Of a stretch of 64,000 nucleotides of DNA, positions 1-10,003 are shown in pieces (within the stretch, counting starts at the first letter, position 1; the number at the start of each line of letters is the position of its first letter). The position numbers and the translations under genes are program-made. Below the pieces are notes generated by a model, which worked only from the letters and a program-made list of their open reading frames with translations, was not told where the DNA came from and did not search any database. The DNA is taken from assembly GCA_965249205.1 (NCBI GenBank), contig CBDFLL010000004.1:776194-840193 (forward strand), given 5' to 3'. The stretch is from Vicinamibacterales bacterium (lineage in GTDB: Bacteria; Acidobacteriota; Vicinamibacteria; Vicinamibacterales; UBA2999).

Positions 1-2211
1 GGCGCGATGGCACCTGAGTTCTCGCAGGCACCGACCATCACGACACCCGCGATGACGCAGGCCGGGATGATCCTTGGCACGGCAGCGTACATGTCGCCGG
101 AGCAAGCCAAGGGACGCACGGTCGATAAGCGCAGCGACGTGTGGGCGTTTGGCGCGGTCCTGTACGAGATGCTCACGGGGCAGCGGGCGTTTGCGGGCGA
201 GGATGTGTCCGACACGATGGCGTCGGTGTTGAAGGCAGACACTAACTGGGACGCCTTCCCAGACTCGGTCTCTCCAACGGTTGTGAATGTGATCAGGCGA
301 TGCCTCCAGCGGGATCGCAGTGAGCGCGCCCGTGACATCGGCGACGTGCGCCTCGCGCTGGAGGGCGCGTTCGAGACGGGCGCGTCCACGGCGGCGGAGT
401 CGGTCGCGGTTTCTCAGACGGTTGTGTGGCGGCGGGCACTGCCGTGGGTCGCCGGCGCGACACTGATCGGCGGGCTGGTCATCGGCCTCACGCTCTCTGA
501 TGTCGTGCGGCCAGCGCCCTCGTCCGCGCTCGTCGAACGCTTCGTGGTGACCACGCCGACCACTCCACTGCTTAACGCTGGATTTCGCTCCATAGCGATC
601 TCAGCCGATGGAACACGCATCGTGTATCTGAGCAGCGCGGACGGCACGACTCACGTCTATGTCCGGCCGGTCGATCAACTCGAGGGGTACTCGCTGTATA
701 GCACAAGCCTGGGCGGCAATCCCACCGTCTCGCCCGATGGTGCCTGGGTCGTCTTTGGGAGCGACGGTATGTGGAGGAAGGTCTCCATCCTCGGGGGGCC
801 GCCTCTCACGTTGTTCCCGAACCCCACGGGCACTGCGCCCCGTGGCGCCAGCTGGGGACCGGACGATACGATCTTCTTTGCGCAGAACGGTACGGGCCTG
901 TTTCGTGGACCCGCCGGGGGTGGCCAGTCCGCGGTGTTGACCACTCCGGACGCTGAGCGCGGCGAGGTCGGCCATTACTGGCCGGAGGTCCTGCCCGGAG
1001 GCGAGGCCGTCCTCTTTACCGTCGTCCATGGCCCAGGCGCGGAGAACATGGAACTGGCCGTGCTCGATCTCGCCACGATGGAGCAGAAGGTCCTATTGCC
1101 TGGTGGGAGCCATGCCCAGTACGCGGCCACGGGGCATCTGGTCTACGGGGCCGACGGTGCGTTGCGAGCGGTGCCGTTTGATCTTGGGCGGCTCGAAGTC
1201 ACCGGCGACCCCGTGCCCCTGCTCGAAGGCGTAATGACCGATCCCACCGGCCTGGTGCAGTTCAGCCTGTCGGCCAACGGCTCCCTGCTCTACGCCACTG
1301 GCGATCCGCAGGGAGCTGCGCAGCGGACACTCGTCTGGGTGGACCGCCAGGGGCAGGAAGAGCTGCTGGCCGCACCCCCACGGACCTACCAGTACCCGCG
1401 TCTCTCGCCGGATGCCACACGCGTCGCGCTGGACGTGCGGGACCAGGAGGACGACATCTGGATCTGGGACCTCGCCCGCGAGACGTTGACCCGGCTCACC
1501 TTCGACCCCGGTTTCGATCAATATCCCGTCTGGACACCGGACAGCACACGGGTCGTGTTTAGCTCCACCAGGGGAGGGAGGGACCTGTATTGGAAAGCGG
1601 CCGATGGCACCGGCACGGTCGAGCGCTTGACGGAGAGCGCCAATCTTCCGTACGGCTATTCGTTCTCCCCCGATGGAGAGTCGCTGGTGCTCCGTGAGAA
1701 TCAGCCTGACACCGGTGAAGACCTGCGTGTGCTCTCGTTGGCCGGGAACCAGACAGTCGAAACACTGGTGGCCACTGAGTTTGCAGAGCGTAACGCGGAA
1801 CTTTCTCCCGACGGCCGCTGGATGGCCTACCAGTCGACCCAGTCCGGCCAAGATGAAGTCTACGTCCGGCCGTTTCCCAATGTAGACGATGGGCAGTGGC
1901 AGATCTCGACCGGGGGCGGCACGCGGCCCCTCTGGGCGTCCACCGGACGCGAGCTGTTCTATCGGCGCGGTGCCGCGCTGATGGTCGTACCGATGCAGAC
2001 GGGGCCGAGCTTCACGCCCGCCACGCCGGAGGTCCTGTTTGAGGGCACCTACCACACGGGACCGGGTCGAAGCTACGACATCGCACCCGACGGCCAGCGG
2101 TTCCTGATGATCAAGGAAGGCGGAGGAGCCGAGGACACGTCGGCGCCGCCCAGTCTCATCGTCGTCCAGAACTGGTTCGAGGAGCTGGAGCGGCTGGTGC
2201 CGGTGGACTGA
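1..2211 (+). CDS. Ser/Thr protein kinase with TM helix and C-terminal TolB/PD40-like beta-propeller (5' part outside window)
   Basis: Kinase subdomains VIII-XI (GTAAYMSPEQ, SDVWAFG, RRCL), hydrophobic helix, repeated SPDG/WTPD propeller motifs; HRD/DFG absent, so the start lies upstream of position 1. Confidence 0.92.
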   Translation, partial: GAMAPEFSQAPTITTPAMTQAGMILGTAAYMSPEQAKGRTVDKRSDVWAFGAVLYEMLTGQRAFAGEDVSDTMASVLKADTNWDAFPDSVSPTVVNVIRRCLQRDRSERARDIGDVRLALEGAFETGASTAAESVAVSQTVVWRRALPWVAGATLIGGLVIGLTLSDVVRPAPSSALVERFVVTTPTTPLLNAGFRSIAISADGTRIVYLSSADGTTHVYVRPVDQLEGYSLYSTSLGGNPTVSPDGAWVVFGSDGMWRKVSILGGPPLTLFPNPTGTAPRGASWGPDDTIFFAQNGTGLFRGPAGGGQSAVLTTPDAERGEVGHYWPEVLPGGEAVLFTVVHGPGAENMELAVLDLATMEQKVLLPGGSHAQYAATGHLVYGADGALRAVPFDLGRLEVTGDPVPLLEGVMTDPTGLVQFSLSANGSLLYATGDPQGAAQRTLVWVDRQGQEELLAAPPRTYQYPRLSPDATRVALDVRDQEDDIWIWDLARETLTRLTFDPGFDQYPVWTPDSTRVVFSSTRGGRDLYWKAADGTGTVERLTESANLPYGYSFSPDGESLVLRENQPDTGEDLRVLSLAGNQTVETLVATEFAERNAELSPDGRWMAYQSTQSGQDEVYVRPFPNVDDGQWQISTGGGTRPLWASTGRELFYRRGAALMVVPMQTGPSFTPATPEVLFEGTYHTGPGRSYDIAPDGQRFLMIKEGGGAEDTSAPPSLIVVQNWFEELERLVPVD

Positions 2212-2604
2212 ACCGCCTCGCGTCGCCAGACTGGATTGGCAGGGAGTCAACAGGGACGTGGAGGTGTCGGACGGCTCGCCGACCTGCGGAGCATGCCGAC
2301 GCGGATCGGCTGAAGCCGAGCGGAGCGATTCAGTGCCGCGAGTTCGGTCCGCGCGATCCGTGACGTAGGAACTAGCTGGGCCAGTGCATGCCGCGACGGC
2401 AGGCGCTCGAGTCAGGCACTACTCGCGGCAGCGGCGGAAGGGCACGAGCGGAGCGAGGCTTCCGGCGTGCGGAGCCGGGAGGCGAACGGCCGGCACATCC
2501 ACGTCCTTAACGCTATCGCGACTCTGTCACAGTGCGCCCTCCGAACGGCCGTATAGCCCACGCAAGAACCGGCCTGCTCGCCTACCGCACGCGAACAGTC
2601 GGCA

Positions 2605-3110
2605 TCAGCGGCCCATCGCGGCGAGTCGCGCTCTCCCGCACTCGATCACGATGGACATCCACCGATCGAATCGCTCGGGGCCGTAGAGGTACGGATTCGG
2701 CCCTGTCGGGTTGCTACGGATGGCTTCCAGCAGCGCGAAGTCATCCTGGAGACCGCCTGCGTGAAAGTTGATCGCCGCCTCGACCCCGAGCGGTCTCGCG
2801 AACTCGTTGAAGACGTGATCGAACTGCTCGAGCGATGCCCGCGTCGGCATCTGCGTAGCGGCGAACGTCATCACCGTATGCGGCGTGCCATTGTGCGTGA
2901 CCGGCACAATCACCCCGAGCGCACCAGGCGTATGGCCGGGGATATTGACGAGCGTCACCGTCGTATCGCCTAGCGTCAGCTTCTGGCCGGTTCCCTGCAC
3001 CGCCTCGCGCCGGCGCGGGTGGTCGCGGCGGGGGAACAGCTACGGCCGGAACGCCAGGCGGAGGCGCCGGCAGGTAAGGTCGGACGAGTTTACCTGCCTA
3101 CGCAGGCAAC
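2605..3110 (-). pseudogene. Truncated subclass B3-like metallo-beta-lactamase-fold gene
   Basis: C-terminal motifs GQKLTLGDTTVTL, PGHTPG and NPY; no HxHxDH; in-frame stop shortly upstream of 3000; Pro-rich N-terminal-like segment in another frame. Confidence 0.6.
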
Positions 3111-3111
3111 C

Positions 3112-3849
3112 TCATCTAATACCGCCGGCCGGGTTAGCTGCGGGACCAGCCCCACCGCCACGACCACGGAGGGGAGGCGGCTGGTATGTTCCCAGACCGT
3201 GGAATTCGTTGGAGTAGACCGTTTCGTAACGCAGCCCGTTCCCATCCTCGTCGACAAATCCCAGGGACTGTTGAAACAGGCCCGGCTCCGGGTACCCCTT
3301 CGGCACGGTCCCCTCAGCGACGTAGAGGCGGTTGTCGTGCATGAAGATCGACACGGACGTGCGGGACTCATCGGCGTTGGTCAGCTGGAGCGTCTGTCCT
3401 TCAACGAGATCCGTAAACGCCCACGTGTAGTGTGTGACCGTGGCATCCCGTTGAATGAACTTCAACGAGGCGTAGATGAGTGCGCCTCGTATGTCCTGAA
3501 ACGCGTATCCAGGACCGATGACGCTGAGCAACAGGCCCCCGGTCTGGCCTTCGCAGGTTTCGGCCCCCGGTGGGCACGCCTCGCTTCGCTCGACGCCCTG
3601 CTGCTCGATGTCGCGGTAATCGACAGCGGTCATCGAGTAGCGTCCCAGGCCCCTCTCGGCGGTGTACACATTCGCCGGTAGGGCGTACCCTTGTTCCGAC
3701 ACCCACGTAGTCGCCGTCACCGTCGGCTCGCCAGGAAAATTGATCTTGAAGCCATCCTGCTCGTTCACGTACAGGCTCCATTCCTGCGCGGAGGCGGACC
3801 CCGACAGGGACACGACGAACGCCATCGCCAGCACAGACACGCGCATCAT
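3112..3849 (-). CDS. Exported hypothetical protein
   Basis: GGAGG before ATG 3849, signal peptide ending ASA-Q, FKINFPGEP start, Cys pair CPPGAETC. Confidence 0.8.
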   Translation of the reverse strand: MMRVSVLAMAFVVSLSGSASAQEWSLYVNEQDGFKINFPGEPTVTATTWVSEQGYALPANVYTAERGLGRYSMTAVDYRDIEQQGVERSEACPPGAETCEGQTGGLLLSVIGPGYAFQDIRGALIYASLKFIQRDATVTHYTWAFTDLVEGQTLQLTNADESRTSVSIFMHDNRLYVAEGTVPKGYPEPGLFQQSLGFVDEDGNGLRYETVYSNEFHGLGTYQPPPLRGRGGGAGPAANPAGGIR

Positions 3850-3923
3850 CTTTCCTCCCAACTACTCCTGCCCTTCGAGCCGCATGACGGTTGCTGATCG
3901 ACGCTCCCGATAGCGTGACGACG

Positions 3924-4901
3924 TCACGGCAGGCGGAAGGTCGTGATGTCTCTCGACATTCTGTCCATGCCGCAGCCATGCGCCCCTCCCATGACGTAGC
4001 CGACGTTATCGAGGGTCGTGCCGTACGCCGCGTGCCGTCCGATCGGCATCGGCGGCAGCATCGTCCACTCGTTGGTCGTGGGGTCGTACATCTCGGCGTC
4101 GTCGAACGTGAGCCGCGCCGGACGATCCTTGCACTCACCGCCGGCATACACCAAGCGCCCGTTGAGGACGAATGACACGCCCGCGCTGCGCGCCACGCTC
4201 AGTGGGCCGCCCACGCTCCAGGTGTTTGTCACGGGATCGTAGATGTCATGCTTGGTCGTGTTGTCGACGGTCGCACCGAAGCGTCCGCCAAAGACGTGAA
4301 CCTTTCCATCCAGCGCGGCAATGCCCAGATGGTCGCGCGCGCCGGGCAGTGGCGCCAGTAGCGTCCAGGTATCGGCGACCGGGTCGTAGACCTCGTTGGT
4401 ATCCACCGTCTGCTGATCAGGATTGCGGCCGCCGATCGCGTACACCTTGCCATCCACGACAACCGCTCCGGGCGCACCGCGCGGGGCGGAGAGCGGCGCC
4501 AGCGCACGCCATGTGTCGGTGGCGGGGTCGTATTCGTAGACGTTCGTCACTGCGCCGCCGTGCGCGCCGAACTGGAAACCACCCACTACGATGATCTTCC
4601 CGTCCAAGACCGTCGAGCCGGCATGCGACGTGACTTGCGGCATCAAGGCCGCCTCCCGCCATGTCTCGGTGACCGGGTCGTATTCCTGGTTCAACGAGTT
4701 GGCGTTCACTCCGCGCATTTGACCGCCAATCACGTAGAGCTTTCCGGCCGCCGCAGCGAGCGTGATCTCCGACCGCTCGTAGGGCATCGATCCAACGGAT
4801 GTCCAGGTGGCCTCTCCCTGGGCCATCGTCAGGATCGGCATTGAGCCGACAAGCAGAACAAAGAGCACGCCGAGAACCAGACGCGAGCGAAAGAGGCGCA
4901 T
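3924..4901 (-). CDS. Exported Kelch-repeat beta-propeller protein
   Basis: Six GG...YDP...W repeats, signal peptide, GGAGGA RBS before ATG 4901. Confidence 0.9.
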   Translation of the reverse strand: MRLFRSRLVLGVLFVLLVGSMPILTMAQGEATWTSVGSMPYERSEITLAAAAGKLYVIGGQMRGVNANSLNQEYDPVTETWREAALMPQVTSHAGSTVLDGKIIVVGGFQFGAHGGAVTNVYEYDPATDTWRALAPLSAPRGAPGAVVVDGKVYAIGGRNPDQQTVDTNEVYDPVADTWTLLAPLPGARDHLGIAALDGKVHVFGGRFGATVDNTTKHDIYDPVTNTWSVGGPLSVARSAGVSFVLNGRLVYAGGECKDRPARLTFDDAEMYDPTTNEWTMLPPMPIGRHAAYGTTLDNVGYVMGGAHGCGMDRMSRDITTFRLP

Positions 4902-5026
4902 GTCATCCTCCAGGCAGGAAAAATGGGACGGCGAGACATGGTTATACACCGACTCCGAGCGATCGGGCGAAACTTCCTCAGACGACGGCCTCCGACCTGG
5001 GGAGCCGCGTGAAAAGAGGGGGCTAG

Positions 5027-6321
5027 CAGGCTGCTGAAGAACCCGGGTGATCGGGCCGTTTTCTAAGGATCATGCGAGTCACCACCGACCGACAACGGTG
5101 CGCACGGCTGTGCGCTGGCCCCGATCAAGGGGCCGGCGACACGCGCGGCCGGTGATCAGGGACACCTCGCCTCCAGATTCCGCAGCCGGACCAAGTTATA
5201 GACCGTGGCGGCGAAGGTAAGCTGCCAATCCACGAGGGCGACACCGCGATGCCGGAGTTTGCGCAAGCCGCCGACGGTCTTCATCCAGCCAAAGACCTGT
5301 TCTACGAGTTTCCGTTTCCGCTGACTGACGTGATAGCCCGCATGCCGCGTGGTCCGGCCATCGATCGCACTCCAGCGGACCTTCTGAGCAACGTGGGGCG
5401 TGACGGCCCGGATACGGACAGCGGCCACAAAGCTTGCCACATCGTAGCCCTTGTCCGCCCCGACCGTGCTGCCCGGCGGCGCGCTGGCCTCCAGCAACAG
5501 CGCCGCTGCCTCGCGTTCGGCGGTCCCCGTCGCGTGAGTCGCGCAGACGTTGGCGACAAGTCCCTGTCGCTTGTCCAGCAGCACGTGGCCCAGATACGCC
5601 AGCTTGGCTTCCTTCCCCTGGCCCTTCCGAGGCAGCATCGCCTCCGGATCGGTCGTCGACTGGTGCGTGTCGTTGCGCCGCCGCTCCCCGTGGAAGTTGA
5701 CCGTGGGATTCCCGGGGTCATCGGGCGGGTCGCTCTCCGCCGCGTCCCGGCACCGAAAGCTCTTCAGGCTGGCCCACGCTTCCAATTGGGTCCCATCCAC
5801 AGTGAAGTGTTCGTCCGAGAGCAGCCCGGCCGCCCGCGCGTGGGCCTGCACCGCATCAAAGAAGGCGGCCGCGAGATCGCCCGCCAGCAGCCGGTCGCGA
5901 TTCTTGGTAAACGTGGTGGGATGCCAAACCGGGTCGTCCAAATTCAAGCCCACGAACCAGCGGAACAGCAGGTTGTAATTGAGCTCTTCCATCAGCAGCC
6001 GCTCGCTCCGCACCGTGTAGAGCACCTGCAGCAACAACGCGCGCAGCAGCTGTTCCGGCGGGATCGACGGACGCCCTGTGTTGGCGTACAGGCCGGCGAA
6101 CCTGCGCGACATCGTTCTCAGCGCTTCGTCCGTCAGCGCGCGAACCGCGCGGAGCGGATGGTCGGCTGGCACGCGCTGTTCCGGCGACAGGTAGCTGAAC
6201 ATGTGAGTGCTTTGCTCATCGTGTCCGCGCATGATGGGGCTCCCTTCAGCGGTGTTGGGAGCATGGTAGTACGCCGGGATCGATCTGTCGATCCCATTTC
6301 ACGGAGTTTTTCAGCAGCCTG
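5027..6321 (-). mobile_element. IS5-family insertion sequence
   Basis: Terminal IRs CAGGCTGCTGAAGAAC (5027) and revcomp of GTTTTTCAGCAGCCTG (ends 6321), 15/16 match; CTAG duplicated at 5023-5026 and 6322-6325. Confidence 0.93.
5156..6232 (-). CDS. IS5-family DDE transposase
   Basis: GRPSIPPEQL, FRWFVGL, VDGT, ADKGYD, RKLVEQVFGWMK motifs. Confidence 0.95.
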   Translation of the reverse strand: MRGHDEQSTHMFSYLSPEQRVPADHPLRAVRALTDEALRTMSRRFAGLYANTGRPSIPPEQLLRALLLQVLYTVRSERLLMEELNYNLLFRWFVGLNLDDPVWHPTTFTKNRDRLLAGDLAAAFFDAVQAHARAAGLLSDEHFTVDGTQLEAWASLKSFRCRDAAESDPPDDPGNPTVNFHGERRRNDTHQSTTDPEAMLPRKGQGKEAKLAYLGHVLLDKRQGLVANVCATHATGTAEREAAALLLEASAPPGSTVGADKGYDVASFVAAVRIRAVTPHVAQKVRWSAIDGRTTRHAGYHVSQRKRKLVEQVFGWMKTVGGLRKLRHRGVALVDWQLTFAATVYNLVRLRNLEARCP

Positions 6322-6726
6322 CTAGAAGAATCCGCCGAAGTCCGCTGTCGTGCCGAGGACGAACTGTGAGGTCGCGGTGTCGAGCAACTCGTGCACCTCT
6401 CGGAGCTGACCGTCTTCGCACCGAACGAACAGGGCGTACTCAACCGAGTACTGCTCGCCGTTCGGGCGAATACGAGCGGTGTAGCGGAAGCGCACGCTGC
6501 TGCGTGCCGCGTCGCCGGTCTCGTCCAGGATCTCGACGTGGACGTCGGGAAAGTAGAGCTTGCCCCAGACGGCTCGATTGAAGGCGAGCACGGTGACTCG
6601 CCCTCTATGAGGACCCGCGAAGCGCCCGGACGATTCTGGCAGCGTCCACTCGATGTCGGGATGGTAGAGTTCGGCCATCGCGTCTGGATCGCCGAAGCGC
6701 TCGATGAGCCGCCGAGCTGGTGTCAT
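6322..6726 (-). CDS. SnoaL/NTF2-like protein
   Basis: 134 aa with LYHPDIEW, GPHRGR, DGQLREVHELLD; its stop codon lies in the CTAG target of IS5. Confidence 0.8.
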   Translation of the reverse strand: MTPARRLIERFGDPDAMAELYHPDIEWTLPESSGRFAGPHRGRVTVLAFNRAVWGKLYFPDVHVEILDETGDAARSSVRFRYTARIRPNGEQYSVEYALFVRCEDGQLREVHELLDTATSQFVLGTTADFGGFF

Positions 6727-6739
6727 GTTCGAGCCAGTG

Positions 6740-6823
6740 TCAGGCCCTCTCGATTTCGCTGAGATCGAGTTGTACGATGATGCGCGGCCGCATGACGAAC
6801 TTCTGTACCTTGCCCGTCACCAT
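6740..6823 (-). pseudogene. 3' remnant of an AMP-binding acyl-CoA synthetase gene
   Basis: Translates [26 protein letters not shown], aligning with the C-terminus of 19334..21028 ([26 protein letters not shown]). Confidence 0.8.
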
Positions 6824-6899
6824 CCTAAACAGAAACTTGGCCGAACTGAATCATCGACCAAGTTTCCGTTTTGGCACTCCTACGGGCAGAGCACCCTGG

Positions 6900-7057
6900 C
6901 AGCCCGTGGTGCAAGTCCGCCTGCATTCGACAAGCGATGCATCCTCGCGGTCTGCGTTGCTCCTCCTTCAAATACGCTCAGTATTCTCACTCGTCACGCC
7001 TTGTCCGCAAGGCGCCTCGCTCGTCTCGGTGCGACGCCGGGCTTTCACCACGGACTG
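6900..7057. mobile_element. MITE-like non-autonomous element, copy 1
   Basis: IRs CAGCCCGTGGTGCAAG and CTTTCACCACGGACTG; CTGG duplicated at 6896-6899 and 7058-7061; homologous to 52306..52560. Confidence 0.8.
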
Positions 7058-7063
7058 CTGGCG

Positions 7064-7987
7064 TTACCTAAAGCGCGCTCCAAAACGATCCCCAGATACC
7101 GAATTGCCATCATATTCTATGCATACAGCAGTCAGGGGGAACAAGGCGTTTGGATCAGGGTTTGGTCGCCGCTCAATCGGACTCACTTCCCAGGGCTCGA
7201 TAAATGCCGGGTCATCCACCGTCGTCTCAAGCGTGACCACGTCGCCCCGCCTGGTAAATCGCTCAGTAATTTTCGTGGCCGCACTCATCGGCCACCCTCT
7301 GGTGGAGTACCAGACAAGTTCGTCAGGAAAATCCACTGTTTCGACAACAAGAGTGTCTCCTTCCCAGCGACCAACCGTACTACCACCCAACTGATTCAAA
7401 CCTTCGTAGTCATCCTCTGAATGCAGCGGTCTGCCGTCGGTCGGCACTTGACGGATAGCCGGAGGCGCCCTCCCGTAAAGAAGCACTACCTTATTGGGTA
7501 ACTGGATAATCTCGCTTGGGAAGCCTCGCTTAATGATACCTTTCTCTTGGCAGCCGAAGCCAGGATCCGTCGGTCTCTCGTAAGCGTACTCTTCATTCCA
7601 TCTGACCTGCTCCCAATATTCGGCCTTGTAAAGAGGCATCCTGTCGCGATCAGACTTGATAATGATTTCCTGATCAATCTCGACCCAATAAAAGTTCCCG
7701 TCTCGCACCTGCATCGTGCTGCCTACTTCATCGCTGTCGGTATCAGCACCAGCAAAACCGAAAGCTCTCCCGCTCCGGGCATAAGGGCCCTCTTGCAGCC
7801 CAGGGACGCCTCCAATCCAAATACCGCTAAGATCGGGATGACCCTGTTCCGTGCGCGGTGTAGGCGCGCTCAGCAGCTCGTCACGCGAGGGGCTAGGGGG
7901 ACCACCTTGGCGACCTTGCGCTATTGCCGGCTGTGCCAGAACCGCTGTGATTCCAATTGCGAAAACCGTTCTCAACAAGATATGCAT
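7064..7987 (-). CDS. Exported hypothetical protein ('PDLSGIW' family), module gene C, copy 1
   Basis: Signal peptide, PDLSGIW, DPGFGC, DGRP-H, GRWEGDTLVVETVDF, terminal CIE; paralogue of 17269..18051. Confidence 0.85.
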   Translation of the reverse strand: MHILLRTVFAIGITAVLAQPAIAQGRQGGPPSPSRDELLSAPTPRTEQGHPDLSGIWIGGVPGLQEGPYARSGRAFGFAGADTDSDEVGSTMQVRDGNFYWVEIDQEIIIKSDRDRMPLYKAEYWEQVRWNEEYAYERPTDPGFGCQEKGIIKRGFPSEIIQLPNKVVLLYGRAPPAIRQVPTDGRPLHSEDDYEGLNQLGGSTVGRWEGDTLVVETVDFPDELVWYSTRGWPMSAATKITERFTRRGDVVTLETTVDDPAFIEPWEVSPIERRPNPDPNALFPLTAVCIEYDGNSVSGDRFGARFR

Positions 7988-8000
7988 TTCCCATTCTCCC

Positions 8001-8483
8001 CTAGTTGGTGCGCCTTAACGTCACCAGCGTGAGATCGTAGCCTGTCATAAATTCCACCGGACGGGCATCAGCGCCTTGGGCAGTGTTGATCTCCAAACTA
8101 CCGTCCGCATGGAAGCGATATATTCCGTCCCAGACGGTGCCATCGATTGGCGGTGTCAAGTTTCTGCCTATGAATGTGAGGTCAATGGTCCCCAATTCGG
8201 GATCCACACTGTACGTGCCGCGCCACGGCGTTCGCTGCAACCGTAGAATCGAGAAAGAATTGTCGGCATTGAACACCACACTCGCTCCCTCTAACTCCTG
8301 AGAAGGCCGCATTTCCCTTTCGGCCTCCTCTACCACCCAGCTCCCCTCGAAGCTTTGAGCGGCGGCGCTTTGAGCAGCGGAGCTCTGAGATACGGTTGCA
8401 AAGGCGACAACCCCCAGGAAGCAACAGAACATAGCCAGCGCTTCCTTGAACGTTTTACCAGACTGGTCCACCCAAAATGACAT
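8001..8483 (-). CDS. Exported TIGR03067-like (lipocalin-type) domain protein
   Basis: FEGSWVV, GTYSVDP, IDLT, GIYRF, RPVEF pattern; N-terminal signal region. Confidence 0.65.
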   Translation of the reverse strand: MSFWVDQSGKTFKEALAMFCCFLGVVAFATVSQSSAAQSAAAQSFEGSWVVEEAEREMRPSQELEGASVVFNADNSFSILRLQRTPWRGTYSVDPELGTIDLTFIGRNLTPPIDGTVWDGIYRFHADGSLEINTAQGADARPVEFMTGYDLTLVTLRRTN

Positions 8484-8556
8484 AGTCTGCCCTTCCCCTT
8501 TATCGAAAAATCAGAAGATCGCTATGCTCTATATTTTTTGAAGACACTATTTGTCC

Positions 8557-8988
8557 TCATGTTCCACCCAGAGGATCTCCCGACCATAGAATATGGGATG
8601 TACCATCTGGCAAGACAATCTCGGCAAGGAAGCCTTCAGCCCGACCGCTATGAGCCCTCACGCCACGAATGGTATAGGTTTCCCCGTGTACGAGGGTATC
8701 CTTCGCGAGCCCTTGTTGGCGCAATCCCCGAATTCCGGTGGTATGGACGGCCCACTCCTCGACTTCGCCTTGCTCATTCTCTACATCAAAGAAGAGAAAC
8801 ACGTGCGGATTGATCCAGCGGGTCCTGGTCAAGACGGCATTGTCAATAAGAAACGGCCAATCGAAATCGTATTGTGCAGAAACGGAATGGTGAGCATACG
8901 TGGAATACGACACGCCGGCCACAAGCACAGCGACCAGACAGATGCTGGCGGACAGTTTGTTCAATGCGAGTTTCATTAGTTCAGTCAT
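8557..8988 (-). CDS. DUF6152-like exported protein, module gene B, copy 1
   Basis: Signal ending TYA then HHSVSAQYD, WINPH motif; AGGAG upstream of ATG 8988; paralogue of 16735..17265. Confidence 0.82.
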   Translation of the reverse strand: MTELMKLALNKLSASICLVAVLVAGVSYSTYAHHSVSAQYDFDWPFLIDNAVLTRTRWINPHVFLFFDVENEQGEVEEWAVHTTGIRGLRQQGLAKDTLVHGETYTIRGVRAHSGRAEGFLAEIVLPDGTSHILWSGDPLGGT

Positions 8989-9049
8989 GACATCTACTCC
9001 TCTAAAGCTACAAATCATAAAGCCCTGACGGGAGAACTCCTCACTCAGA

Positions 9050-9934
9050 TCAGCGACTTGCCGAGGCCGACATGACATTCTCAGGGACTGGGAAAATGAC
9101 ATAGGCGTTGGTGCACCAGCAGGTATTAATTTCTACATCCAGAATCGTATGGCCATCGAGCTTTTGCACGATACGGCTGGGAAATTGGAACCCACTCATG
9201 ATTTCATCGCTCAGCAATGGATCAAGCGGTTCGTAATCGCGATAACCCGAATATTCGCCAGTTAAGGTCGCCTGACCCAGGACGGGGTGATTCACGTTCA
9301 TTTCCACAAGCTCTGGACGACGATTACGATTTAACCGAATCTTCATGCTCGCGTCGTTGTAGGGAACACTCAACTCATAGGTCCGGTGTTCGAGCTCCGT
9401 CACTTGCACCTGATCGACACTCTGATGAGCGAGTTTGATTGCAGCAGGGGGAGTGACAGCAAGCAGTCTCTGCCGCCAATCGTGAAGCTGAGGTGCAGGG
9501 GTCTGCGAGTCCCCCACGGGCGGTCCCTCAAGTGCAACGTTCTGCTCGTTCCAGGAGTAATCTCCGGCAGTAGCCCACACCGAACGCTCGCCCTCAGAAG
9601 TTGTGAGATCATAACGCAGGCCCCCGTCAGGGTAGGCTATTTCCACGTAGTACCTGTCAAGTTCGACCCGGGGCCAATCTGATGGGTCTGAATCCGTTAC
9701 CTGGTAATAGACACCCGAGCCTTCGTAGCGCAATGTCTGCCATACGTCGGATTCCTGCATGCCGCGCAACATGCCTATCGAACGGGCGGCGGTATAGATA
9801 ATTCTCGGCGCTGTTGGCTCATAAGTATCTCGAACCACCCAATCGCTCTGCCCATAGGTCAAGTGGCTAAACCCGGCGAACCATACAAAGACCAATAGGA
9901 TGAACTTTCGCTTAAGAAAATACTTTCTGATCAT
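9050..9934 (-). CDS. Exported hypothetical protein, module gene A, copy 1
   Basis: Signal peptide; shares GMLRGM, IAY, WNE, YSxY, P-RIV, DGH--LD and YVI-PVP with 15824..16672. Confidence 0.85.
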   Translation of the reverse strand: MIRKYFLKRKFILLVFVWFAGFSHLTYGQSDWVVRDTYEPTAPRIIYTAARSIGMLRGMQESDVWQTLRYEGSGVYYQVTDSDPSDWPRVELDRYYVEIAYPDGGLRYDLTTSEGERSVWATAGDYSWNEQNVALEGPPVGDSQTPAPQLHDWRQRLLAVTPPAAIKLAHQSVDQVQVTELEHRTYELSVPYNDASMKIRLNRNRRPELVEMNVNHPVLGQATLTGEYSGYRDYEPLDPLLSDEIMSGFQFPSRIVQKLDGHTILDVEINTCWCTNAYVIFPVPENVMSASASR

Positions 9935-10003
9935 GATGTCCCGCTGCTTCTACCAATAGCCCCAAACTACAGGCCAATCCTTTGACCCACCTCTACTTAC
10001 ATT

